Source: Alphaproteobacteria bacterium MarineAlpha5_Bin5 (lineage in GTDB: Bacteria > Pseudomonadota > Alphaproteobacteria > HIMB59 > GCA-002718135). Taken from it: 64,000 nt of DNA. The translations under genes were made by a program, and so were the position numbers. Location: assembly GCA_002938205.1 (NCBI GenBank), contig PTKZ01000001.1, positions 9,354 to 73,353 of the forward strand, written 5' to 3'. This document shows, piece after piece, positions 49,940 to 59,370 of the stretch. The notes beneath the pieces were generated by a model. The model worked only from the letters and a program-made list of their open reading frames with translations. It did no database searches and had not been told where the DNA came from. Position 1 is the first letter of the stretch, and every line of letters begins with the position of its first letter.

Positions 49940-50843
49940 TAAATCAAGATTAAAATTTAGTAAGGAAAAGATACTTGCTACAAGCTTAATTTTACCATCT
50001 TTAATTTTAGTTTTTGTTACATATCTATATCCTGCTATTTTTACTTTCGTAATTAGTTTTGCTGAATATGATATTATAAGACTTAATATTAAAAAATTTG
50101 TTCAATTTAAAAATTTTCATTACTTAATAAACAATTCTTTTTTTAATAGTGCTGTTTTAAGAACAGTTTATTTTGGTCTTGTAATTTGTTTATTTACAAC
50201 TATTTTTTCTTTCTTAATAGCTATTTTACTCAACGAAAAATTTGTTGGTAAAGCGCTTTTAAGAGTAATGATTGTTTTACCTTGGGCCGTACCTTCAGTT
50301 GTTTCTGGAGTTTTATGGGGACAAATGTTTCATGCAGATACTGGTTTTTTGAATGCATTATTATACCAATCAGGACTAATTTCAGAATATAAGATTTGGT
50401 TGGCAGATCCTTTAATTGCTTTACACATAATAGCAGTTGCAGAAATTTGGAAGGCAATACCATTTATGACTTTATTTTTTTTATCAGGTCTTCAAAGTTT
50501 ACCTTCAGAATCTTTTGAAGCAGCATCAGTTGATGGAGCTAATGTATTTCAAAGATTTTTTTATATTTTATTTCCATTGATGTTTCCAATAGTAATACCG
50601 CTATTTTTGATTCAATTCGTTCTAGCAATGAAATCTTTCGATACAATATTTGTTTTAACCAGAGGTGGACCCGGAGGAGGTACAACAACTTTAAACTATT
50701 TTATATATCAAGAAGCTTTTGAAACTTTTAATCTTGGACGAGCGTCTGCTGCCGCATATGTATTACTAATTATTACTCTTGCTGTTGTACTTATTCCATC
50801 AATTTCAAAAAAAATACTTAATTTTTTCTGGGGGAATAAATGA
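49914..50843 (+). CDS. Carbohydrate ABC permease 1
   Basis: LPWAVP, EAASVDGA EAA loop, TRGGPG. Confidence 0.9.
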   Translation: MIEHSNLIDKSRLKFSKEKILATSLILPSLILVFVTYLYPAIFTFVISFAEYDIIRLNIKKFVQFKNFHYLINNSFFNSAVLRTVYFGLVICLFTTIFSFLIAILLNEKFVGKALLRVMIVLPWAVPSVVSGVLWGQMFHADTGFLNALLYQSGLISEYKIWLADPLIALHIIAVAEIWKAIPFMTLFFLSGLQSLPSESFEAASVDGANVFQRFFYILFPLMFPIVIPLFLIQFVLAMKSFDTIFVLTRGGPGGGTTTLNYFIYQEAFETFNLGRASAAAYVLLIITLAVVLIPSISKKILNFFWGNK

Positions 50844-51673
50844 AGAATAGGTTAGTTCTAAAAAAAATTTTTACTTATTTTTTTGCTTTTATTGTTTTTT
50901 TAATAATGTTTTTTCCTTTGTATGGATTAATATTAACAAGTATTCAGCCAGAAAATATAATTAGATCACGTAATTTATCTTTCTTTCCAACGAACATTAT
51001 TTTTACTCATTTTGTTGAAGTATTAAAACCAAATCATATTTCAAATATATATGAAGGAATAAAAAACAGTCTAATTGTTTCATCACTAACAGCTTTTTTA
51101 TGCTTAATATTGGGTTTTCCTGCTTCTTATTCTTTATCAAGATTAAATATGCCGGCTAAAAACCTAATTCTTGGTGCATTAATTTCCGTTTATTTTCTAC
51201 CAACCATTCTTTTTGTTATTCCTTTATTTGTAATTCTTGTTTCATATCAATTAGATGATACAATTTTAAGTTTAGTTGTGCCTTATACAGCTTTTACTTT
51301 ACCGTTTATAATATGGATTTTAAAAACTTTTATTGATAAATTACCCATAGAGGTCGAGGAAGCTGCAAAAATTGATGGATGTTCAGTTTTTCAACTTTTA
51401 TCTTTCATAATATTTCCATTATTGAGGCCTGGACTTATTGCTGCCTTTATTTTTGCATTTATACTAGCATGGGTAGAATTCTTGACACCATTAATATTTA
51501 CAAATAATTTAAAAATTTCGACAGTAGCTCTTGGCTTATTTCGTAGCACAATTGATATAAAAATCGGCCAACAAGCTGCAGCTGCTATAATGACATTGAT
51601 CCCTGTAGCTATTTTGATGATTTTTTTTCAACAATATATTACAAAAGTAGTATTCTCAGGTAGTAATAAATAA
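50840..51673 (+). CDS. Carbohydrate ABC permease 2
   Basis: NSLIVS, EEAAKIDGC. Confidence 0.9.
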   Translation: MKNRLVLKKIFTYFFAFIVFLIMFFPLYGLILTSIQPENIIRSRNLSFFPTNIIFTHFVEVLKPNHISNIYEGIKNSLIVSSLTAFLCLILGFPASYSLSRLNMPAKNLILGALISVYFLPTILFVIPLFVILVSYQLDDTILSLVVPYTAFTLPFIIWILKTFIDKLPIEVEEAAKIDGCSVFQLLSFIIFPLLRPGLIAAFIFAFILAWVEFLTPLIFTNNLKISTVALGLFRSTIDIKIGQQAAAAIMTLIPVAILMIFFQQYITKVVFSGSNK

Positions 51674-52671
51674 TGAATAAATTAAAAATTGCGGTTATTG
51701 GAACGGGGTTGGTAGGCTCTTTTCATGCAGAAACTTTTTTCAGAAATCCGAATAGTGAATTAATTGCAGTATGCGACATTGATAAAGAAAAGGTAAAAAA
51801 AATTGCAAATAAATTTAAATGTAAAGCATATAATGAATTTGAGAGTCTTATTAATACGGAAAAATTAGATGCTATAAGTATTGCTACTCCAGAGCAAATT
51901 CGCATTGCACCAGCTTTATTAGCTATTGAAAGGGGATTAAAAATTTTATTAGAAAAACCTCTGGGAAGAAATTTAGAAGATATTGAAAATCTTGTAAATA
52001 AAATAAAGAATCATAATAAATTAATTTCTGTAAACTTTATTTTACATGAAGATCCAAGATACAAATTAATGAAAGAAAAAATAAAAAATAACGAAATTGG
52101 AGAAATAGTTTCTTGCTATGCTAGAAGAAGAGGGAACAGATTTGGAATTGAGATTTATGCACCTTGGACCGATCTAATTTCTTCAACTTTAATTCATGAT
52201 ATTCAAATGGTAATGTCAATTAATAATTCAAAACCAGAAAGAATATATGCAGAAGCAGTCATAAGAGAGTGCGCTAAATTTAATTCCCATGATGCTGTTA
52301 TGTCTATTATTAAATTTACTGATGGTAGCATTGCATCATTTGAAACATCTTGGGTTTTACCTAAAAATCAACCAGAATTTCTAGATCCAGCTTTTCATGT
52401 GGTAGGTGATAAAGGATCTATAATTATAGAGGGGTCCTCAATGGGATTACAAATTCAAACTGATAAATCTTATATGAAACCTGATCTATCTAATTGGCCA
52501 ATTATAGATTCAAAAGTTGAAGGATGTCTTAAAAGAAATTTAGACAAATTTATCGAAGATTGTGTTTATGATAATCAACCCGATGTTGATTTAATAAAAG
52601 CATACGAGGTTGAAAAAATTGTATTTGCTATGAAAAAATCAATTGATGAAAATAGGCTAATTAATTTATAA
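51673..52671 (+). CDS. Gfo/Idh/MocA family oxidoreductase
   Basis: IGTGLVG, EKP, IHD. Confidence 0.9.
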   Translation: MNKLKIAVIGTGLVGSFHAETFFRNPNSELIAVCDIDKEKVKKIANKFKCKAYNEFESLINTEKLDAISIATPEQIRIAPALLAIERGLKILLEKPLGRNLEDIENLVNKIKNHNKLISVNFILHEDPRYKLMKEKIKNNEIGEIVSCYARRRGNRFGIEIYAPWTDLISSTLIHDIQMVMSINNSKPERIYAEAVIRECAKFNSHDAVMSIIKFTDGSIASFETSWVLPKNQPEFLDPAFHVVGDKGSIIIEGSSMGLQIQTDKSYMKPDLSNWPIIDSKVEGCLKRNLDKFIEDCVYDNQPDVDLIKAYEVEKIVFAMKKSIDENRLINL

Positions 52672-52692
52672 TTTTCATAAATTAAATATTAT

Positions 52693-53094
52693 ATGCTAAA
52701 AATTATAAATAAGGGTGCAAAATCGGATTTGCCTTTTAGTCCTGCTATTCAAGTAGGAGATTTGGTTTATATTTCAGGTCAAGCATCTGTAGATCATAAT
52801 ACTGGTAAAATAATTAGTGGCACAATAGAAGAGGAGATTTATAAAACTTTAGATAATGTAAAAAAAATATTAAATTCAATAAATTTAACACCTGATAATA
52901 TAATTAATGTTAAAGCCTATGTTTCCAAACAAGAAGATATTAAAATTTATAATCAAATATACAAAGATTTTTTTGTTGCTCCCTATCCTACTAGAACAAC
53001 TATTGTAAATGCTCTTCCAAGTTTTTTGAAATTTGAAATTGATTGTATAGCATATGCTAAAGAAACACGAAAACAAGCAGTTATTGAATCATAA
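52693..53094 (+). CDS. RidA/YjgF family protein
   Basis: PFSPA, YISGQ, PTRT, EIDCIA. Confidence 0.9.
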   Translation: MLKIINKGAKSDLPFSPAIQVGDLVYISGQASVDHNTGKIISGTIEEEIYKTLDNVKKILNSINLTPDNIINVKAYVSKQEDIKIYNQIYKDFFVAPYPTRTTIVNALPSFLKFEIDCIAYAKETRKQAVIES

Positions 53095-53095
53095 T

Positions 53096-54211
53096 ATGAT
53101 TATAGTTTTAACACAATGCTTCCCTCCCAGGATAGGTGGTATTGAAAATTTAGTTAGCAATTTAGTTTTAAATTTATCAGAACAAGAAAAAATTATAGTT
53201 TTTGCAGATCAGTACCATATTTTTAATGATAAAATTTATGATTTATCTGTAAAAGATAAATTTCATGTAAGAAGAATAAGCGGTCTAAAATTTTTCAGAA
53301 GAAGAAAAAAAGTAAGAGAACTTGAACCTATTTTAATGTCAAGAGAAGTAAAATGTGTGATTGGAGACACTTGGAAAAGTTTTGAACTTAGTATAGATTT
53401 AATTAATAAACAAAACATCCCAACAATTTGTTTAGCTCATGGTAATGAAATTATTTACAAAGATAATAAACATTTTTTAAGAATTAAGGAAACGCTAAAT
53501 AAATTAAGTGCTATAGTTTGTAATTCTGAATATACTAAAAAATTAATTAATGATTATCATTTAAACAAACCAATTTTAAAGACAATTTATCCTGGTGCTT
53601 GTAATTATTTAAATATTAAAGAAACTCCCGTTCCTAGTGTTGATGGGGATCCAATACTATTAACTTTAGCTAGATTAGAAAAAAGAAAAGGTCACAAGGA
53701 AATAATTTATTCAATAGGTGAATTGATAGATGATTTTCCTAATATCAAATATATTATAGCGGGTAGTGGACGAGAATTAAAAAATTTAAAAAAGTTAGTT
53801 AATGATTTAAATTTAAATAATAATGTTATTTTTGTTGATAATGTTAATGACGCTCAAAAAAAATATTTATTTAAAAAAGCAAAGTTAATGATAATGCCAA
53901 CCTTGGATGACACTTCAAATAGATCTATTGAGGGCTTTGGTATTTCCTATTTAGAAGCATCTTTTTTTAGGATACCATCTATTGCATCTAATGTTGGAGG
54001 AACACCTGAGGCTGTAATAAATAATAAAACAGGAATCATTATTGATGATATAAAATTATTACATTCTGCAATAGAGCAGTTATTAATTGATGAGCAAAAA
54101 ATAAATAAACTAGGTATCAATGCAGAAAAAAGAGCTGTGTCTGATTTTCTATGGGAAAATGTTGTAAAAAAATACACTTCTCTTATTTATGAATTAAATC
54201 ATGCTAGGTAA
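53096..54211 (+). CDS. GT4 family glycosyltransferase
   Basis: FPPRIGGIE, RLEKRKG, EGFGISYLEA; probable ATG at 53096. Confidence 0.9.
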   Translation: MIIVLTQCFPPRIGGIENLVSNLVLNLSEQEKIIVFADQYHIFNDKIYDLSVKDKFHVRRISGLKFFRRRKKVRELEPILMSREVKCVIGDTWKSFELSIDLINKQNIPTICLAHGNEIIYKDNKHFLRIKETLNKLSAIVCNSEYTKKLINDYHLNKPILKTIYPGACNYLNIKETPVPSVDGDPILLTLARLEKRKGHKEIIYSIGELIDDFPNIKYIIAGSGRELKNLKKLVNDLNLNNNVIFVDNVNDAQKKYLFKKAKLMIMPTLDDTSNRSIEGFGISYLEASFFRIPSIASNVGGTPEAVINNKTGIIIDDIKLLHSAIEQLLIDEQKINKLGINAEKRAVSDFLWENVVKKYTSLIYELNHAR

Positions 54212-54220
54212 TAATTCATT

Positions 54221-55153
54221 ATGAATATTTTATTTTATACTACTTTTGCAAATCAGCGAGAGCTTCTCAAATTTATAAAAAAAAAATTTAAAGGTGTTAA
54301 AGTATTTACTATTAAAGACAAAGTAAATCTAAAAAAAATTGAGATAGCTATGGTGTTTAACTTACCTAATAGTTATTTTAAAAAATTGGTAAATTTAAAA
54401 CTGATATTTTCATTAGGTGCAGGGGTTGATCATATATTAAATTCTCCAAATTATAATAATAAAATACCGATTATAAGAATGAAAGATCCGAATATGAGAA
54501 AAAGAATGTTTAATCACACACTGTCACAAATTTTATATTATCAACTTAAACTTCAAGTATATCAGGAGTCTCAAAGAAAAAAAGTATGGCTTAAAGAGCA
54601 AGATACATTATTAAATAATCAATTAACTATAGGAATATTAGGAGTTGGTTATTTAGGCAGTTTTATTGGAATCCAATTACATCGATTAGGTTATAATGTA
54701 TTAGGATTTAAAAATTCTTCCTCTAATTTAAAAGTTCCGTTCAAATTATTTAGGGGAAATCAAATTAATAATTTTATAAGTCAATGCGATATATTAATAT
54801 CTATATTACCCTCTACTCAAAAAACAATAGATATAATCAATAAAAATTTTTTAAAAATTATGAAAAAAAAATCACTATTAATTAATATTGGAAGAGGCTT
54901 GTCTCTCAATGAGGAAGATTTAATTAACCATTTAAAATTAAATTCTAATTTTTATGCTTCTTTAGATGTTTTCAAAAATGAACCAATTAATAAAAATCAT
55001 AAGTTTTGGTCTCATCCAAATATTACAATTACCCCTCATATTGCATCTATTACTGATATAGAGTCTTCTATAGAATATATGTATAAAAATTATTTAAAAT
55101 TTAAAAAAAATGGTAAAATTAAAAGCGATGTTAATATTAAAAAGGGCTATTAG
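54221..55153 (+). CDS. D-2-hydroxyacid dehydrogenase (GhrA-like)
   Basis: GAGVD, GVGYLG, NIGRG, LDVF..EP, TPHIAS. Confidence 0.85.
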   Translation: MNILFYTTFANQRELLKFIKKKFKGVKVFTIKDKVNLKKIEIAMVFNLPNSYFKKLVNLKLIFSLGAGVDHILNSPNYNNKIPIIRMKDPNMRKRMFNHTLSQILYYQLKLQVYQESQRKKVWLKEQDTLLNNQLTIGILGVGYLGSFIGIQLHRLGYNVLGFKNSSSNLKVPFKLFRGNQINNFISQCDILISILPSTQKTIDIINKNFLKIMKKKSLLINIGRGLSLNEEDLINHLKLNSNFYASLDVFKNEPINKNHKFWSHPNITITPHIASITDIESSIEYMYKNYLKFKKNGKIKSDVNIKKGY

Positions 55154-56331
55154 TTTTTACTAAAAAAATTTTCTATTATTTTAAAATAAATATTATGAAG
55201 TTCTTCAATATCTTTGAGATAAACAAATTCATCAACTTTATGTAGCGTCTGATTACGGATACCTAATTCAGCTACTTCACAATAATCTTTAATAAAACGT
55301 GCATCAGAAGTACCGCCGTCAGTTGCAAATTCTGGTTCGTTATTTTGACCAGTTACTTCAGTAATTGATTTTGTCATTAACTTTGTTAATTCACCTTGTT
55401 TATTAATAAAAGACTCAGCATTCGCATCTACTGTAAAAGTACAACGAGCTTTATTATCTTTATTAAAAATACCATTAATCTGATTTTGCATCCATTCAGT
55501 CAAGCTGTGACTTGTGTAAATATCATTAAATCTAATATTTACAGTAGCTTTAGCAATTTCTGGAATTACATTCATAGCAGGATTATCTATGTCAATTGTA
55601 GCTATTTGAACTGAAGTAGGTAAAAAATTACTGTTTCCTTGGTCTAAAGGTTTTGAAATTATATTATTTAATAACTTTGTTAAATAATGAGCAGCATTTT
55701 CAGCTCTATGCGCATTCGCTGTATGACCTTGTACTCCTTTTACAACAAGAAAAAAACTGATAGACCCTCTTCTGCCGATTTTAATTTTATCACCTATATT
55801 TTTGTTTGATGTAGGTTCTCCAACAATACAATGATCAAAAAAAATATTATTTTTTTTTGTCCATTCCATTATTTTTGTTGTGCCATTTATCGCTAGTTTT
55901 TCTTCATCACCTGTAATTATAAAAGATATTTTTCCATTAAAATTATTATTATTTTTAATTAAAAATTTATGTGTGGCAGATATAAAACAAGCAATATTGC
56001 TTTTCATATCTTCTGATCCTCTACCATATAATTTATTATCTTCTATTGTTGCTGAAAATGGAGGATATTTCCAAGAGTCTTCATTTCCTGGAGGAACTAC
56101 ATCTGTATGACCAGCAAAAGCTAAATGTTTTCCATCTGAGCCAATAGTTGCAAAAAGATTATCAACGTCATAAGAATTTTTATCTGAGAAAGGTAAGCGA
56201 GTACATTTAAAGCCTAAATAACTTAAATGTTCTTGCACAATATCAAGAGCACCCGCATCTTCTGGAGTTATACTCGGGCATTTAACTAATGATTGCGTTA
56301 AGCAAATTGGATCAAAATTTAAATCAGTCAT
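55150..56331 (-). CDS. dapE: Succinyl-diaminopimelate desuccinylase
   Basis: FAGHTDVVP, DMK, GDEE, GRRGS, GGTSDARFI; adjacent to dapD. Confidence 0.93.
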   Translation of the reverse strand: MTDLNFDPICLTQSLVKCPSITPEDAGALDIVQEHLSYLGFKCTRLPFSDKNSYDVDNLFATIGSDGKHLAFAGHTDVVPPGNEDSWKYPPFSATIEDNKLYGRGSEDMKSNIACFISATHKFLIKNNNNFNGKISFIITGDEEKLAINGTTKIMEWTKKNNIFFDHCIVGEPTSNKNIGDKIKIGRRGSISFFLVVKGVQGHTANAHRAENAAHYLTKLLNNIISKPLDQGNSNFLPTSVQIATIDIDNPAMNVIPEIAKATVNIRFNDIYTSHSLTEWMQNQINGIFNKDNKARCTFTVDANAESFINKQGELTKLMTKSITEVTGQNNEPEFATDGGTSDARFIKDYCEVAELGIRNQTLHKVDEFVYLKDIEELHNIYFKIIENFFSKN

Positions 56332-57161
56332 TAATCGCGCAACAAATCATTAATAGATGTTTTCGATCTTGTTTTTTCATCTACTTGTTTAATAATAACG
56401 GCACAATTTAATGAAGGAGCACTTGGATTGTTTTTATCTGGCAATGAACCAGGCACAACAACTGAATAAGGTGGTATTTTGCCATAAGTGATAACACCAG
56501 TTTTTCTATTAACAATTTTTGTTGATTGTCCTATGTACATACCCATACTGATTACAGAACCTTCACCTACAATCACTCCTTCTACAACCTCTGACATTGC
56601 TCCTAGAAATACATTATTTTCAATTATAGTAGGAAGAGCTTGAGCAGGTTCTAATACTCCACCAACTCCACTTCCTGCAGAAATATGGCAGTTTTCTCCA
56701 ATTTGACAGCAAGATCCTGCCCTTGAAAAAGTATCCATCATAGTTCCAGATCCAACATATGCACCAATATTAATAAAGCATGGCATTAAAACAACATTTT
56801 TTGCGATATAAGATCCTTTCCTTACAGGAGAATTAGGCACCATTCTAAATCCAGCATTTTCAAAATCATCCTTTGTCCAACCTGCCGTTTTTCCTTTAAT
56901 TAGATGCGACTTGTCATACCAAGAACTGTAGGGCCCTGATAAAGTTTCCATCCCATGTATTCTAAAGCTTAGCATAATTGCTTTTTTAATATATTGATGT
57001 GTGTACCATTCATTATTAATTTTTTCTGCTACACGGATATTTCCCTTATCTAAATCTTCAATAATTTGATTTATTGCATTGATTATAAATTCATCAGATG
57101 TTTGGCTAATTTCCTCTCTTTTTTCCCAACTATCGTTAATAATTTTTTCTAATTCTCTCAT
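56331..57161 (-). CDS. dapD: Tetrahydrodipicolinate N-succinyltransferase
   Basis: RVAEK, GGVLEP, hexapeptide repeats, KTSINDLLRD. Confidence 0.96.
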   Translation of the reverse strand: MRELEKIINDSWEKREEISQTSDEFIINAINQIIEDLDKGNIRVAEKINNEWYTHQYIKKAIMLSFRIHGMETLSGPYSSWYDKSHLIKGKTAGWTKDDFENAGFRMVPNSPVRKGSYIAKNVVLMPCFINIGAYVGSGTMMDTFSRAGSCCQIGENCHISAGSGVGGVLEPAQALPTIIENNVFLGAMSEVVEGVIVGEGSVISMGMYIGQSTKIVNRKTGVITYGKIPPYSVVVPGSLPDKNNPSAPSLNCAVIIKQVDEKTRSKTSINDLLRD

Positions 57162-57835
57162 ATATTTCCCTTGTTAACTTTTTCTAAAAAAAAAAGCAAA
57201 TTACTAGTTTTATAATCTAAATATTTTTTTGAAGCATTGATATCATCACTAAAATTTTCATATCCTGCATCAATCCATACTGAAGTAAATCCTACTTTTT
57301 TAGCTGGAACCAAATTTTTTGCAATATCATCAAACATAACGGATGAATTAGGGTTTAAGTTATATTTTTTTATAATGTTTTGGTAGGGTTTAATTTCAGG
57401 TTTTGGAATGTAATTAGCCATTTTTATGTCAAATATTTCATCAAAAAAATTCGATAAATTTAATCTATTTAAAATATCTAAAGTATGCTGCATATTAGCA
57501 TTAGTATAAATAATTTTTTTCCCTTTTAATTCTTGTAATTGTTTATTAAGCTTAACGTTAGCATCAACTATTGAATAATCAAGTTTATGAACTTCAGATA
57601 AAAAAAAATCTGGATCAATGCCATGATTATCCATCATACCTCTTAAAGTTGTTCCATGCTCTTTATAGTATTTTCGCTGAATTTTTTTTGCCTCCTCAAT
57701 ATTGATATCTAGATGTTTCGAGACAAATTTTCCCATTAGTTGATGAACTTGTTGAAATATTCCGCTATCTGCAGAATATAAAGTATTATCAAGGTCAAAA
57801 ATCCACGTATCTATTTTATCTTTTAAATTATCCAT
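57158..57835 (-). CDS. Pyrimidine 5'-nucleotidase (HAD)
   Basis: WIFDLDNTLY, HGTTLRG, KP, FDD...NL; probable start 57835. Confidence 0.88.
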   Translation of the reverse strand: MDNLKDKIDTWIFDLDNTLYSADSGIFQQVHQLMGKFVSKHLDINIEEAKKIQRKYYKEHGTTLRGMMDNHGIDPDFFLSEVHKLDYSIVDANVKLNKQLQELKGKKIIYTNANMQHTLDILNRLNLSNFFDEIFDIKMANYIPKPEIKPYQNIIKKYNLNPNSSVMFDDIAKNLVPAKKVGFTSVWIDAGYENFSDDINASKKYLDYKTSNLLFFLEKVNKGNI

Positions 57836-57836
57836 A

Positions 57837-58748
57837 TTAAGAAAAAATTTGTGTTCCAATACCGTGTTCAGTAAATAATTCTAAAATCAAAGCATGAGGA
57901 ATTCTACCATCTAAAATAGTTGATTTTTTAACGCCTTTTTTCATTGAATCTATGCAAGTTAATATTTTAGGTTTCATTCCACCTAAAACAAAATCTTGCT
58001 TAACAATTTTTTTCGCATCATTTAAGCTCAATGATGATATTAATTTATCATTTTCATCTAAAATTCCAGCCACATCAGTTAATAAAAGAAGTTTGCTAGC
58101 TTTAATAGTTCCAGCAATAAATCCAGCTACAGTATCAGCATTGATATTATAACTATTGTTTTGAGCATCAATGCCCAAAGGCGCTATAACAGGTATTTCA
58201 CCTTTATTAATGTGATTCATTATAAGATCATTCTTAACATTTGTAGGTTGACCTACAAATCCAATATCAACAATTTTTTCAATGTTTGAATCAGAATCTT
58301 TTATTTGCACATTTAATTTTTTAGCATTTATAAGATTGTCCCGATTCCCAGCTAAACTAATAGCTTTGCCTCCTGAGCTGTTAATTGAATCAACAATTTC
58401 TTTATTTATATCTTTTGCCAGAACTTCTTCAACAATTTTTACTGTATCTTTATCTGTCACTCTTAAACCATCAACAAATCTAGATTTAATATTTTTTAAT
58501 TTTAATCTTTCTCCAATTTGTGGTCCTCCACCGTGAACAATAATAGGATGTATGCCAACTTCTTTGATTAAACCAATATCTTTAGAAAAACTTTTAGATA
58601 ATTTAGGATTACCCATTGCGTGTCCACCATATTTAATAACAACAATATCTCCACTATGCTGTCTTATATAAGGTAGTGCCTCTACTAGCGTTGATGCCTT
58701 ATGAATAAAATAAGCTTGATCACTTTCTGATAAAAAATCAAATTTCAT
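57837..58748 (-). CDS. argB: Acetylglutamate kinase
   Basis: EALPYI, IKYGG, VHGGGPQI, GLRVTD, NINAD; probable start 58748. Confidence 0.95.
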   Translation of the reverse strand: MKFDFLSESDQAYFIHKASTLVEALPYIRQHSGDIVVIKYGGHAMGNPKLSKSFSKDIGLIKEVGIHPIIVHGGGPQIGERLKLKNIKSRFVDGLRVTDKDTVKIVEEVLAKDINKEIVDSINSSGGKAISLAGNRDNLINAKKLNVQIKDSDSNIEKIVDIGFVGQPTNVKNDLIMNHINKGEIPVIAPLGIDAQNNSYNINADTVAGFIAGTIKASKLLLLTDVAGILDENDKLISSLSLNDAKKIVKQDFVLGGMKPKILTCIDSMKKGVKKSTILDGRIPHALILELFTEHGIGTQIFS

Positions 58749-59370
58749 ATTTTTGTGATAGTTGAAATATAACTTTCTGTACATCAACAATTCCTTGTAT
58801 TTTTTTTGCACTAGTAAAGAAAGTTTTAAAAAAAAATTTAGAGTATGACTTCATAAGACTAAGTATAGATTTGTTTAAAAGTTCCAGATGTGATTTTGGG
58901 CATTTATCCGTTTTTGTAAAAATAATAGAAAAAGATTTATTAGATTCACTTAAAAGATCAAACATATCAATATCTAAGTTTTTTAGACCAACTTTAGAAT
59001 CAATTAAAACAAAAGCATGTCTCATATTTGTTCGATTTTTAACATAATTTTCAATTAGATTACTAAGATTTTCACGCATTACTTTTGATACTTTTGCAAA
59101 TCCATACCCAGGCAAATCAGCAATATTTAAAGATTTATTAATTTCAAAAATATTTATTGATTGAGTTCTTCCTGGAGTTTTGCTTGTTTTAGCAAGGTTT
59201 TTTGATTTTGTAATAGCATTAATAATACTTGATTTCCCAACATTTGAACGTCCAATAAAGCAGAACTCAATTAAATCATTCGATGAAGAAATTGCACTCA
59301 AAGAATTGAATGAACCCTTATAAGTATTTGAATTAAAGAAAAGATTTAAACGTTTGTTACCCTTACTCAT
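58738..59370 (-). CDS. engB: Ribosome biogenesis GTPase EngB/YihA
   Basis: GRSNVGKSS, SKTPGRT, DLPGYG, TKTD; probable start 59370. Confidence 0.95.
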   Translation of the reverse strand: MSKGNKRLNLFFNSNTYKGSFNSLSAISSSNDLIEFCFIGRSNVGKSSIINAITKSKNLAKTSKTPGRTQSINIFEINKSLNIADLPGYGFAKVSKVMRENLSNLIENYVKNRTNMRHAFVLIDSKVGLKNLDIDMFDLLSESNKSFSIIFTKTDKCPKSHLELLNKSILSLMKSYSKFFFKTFFTSAKKIQGIVDVQKVIFQLSQKYEI

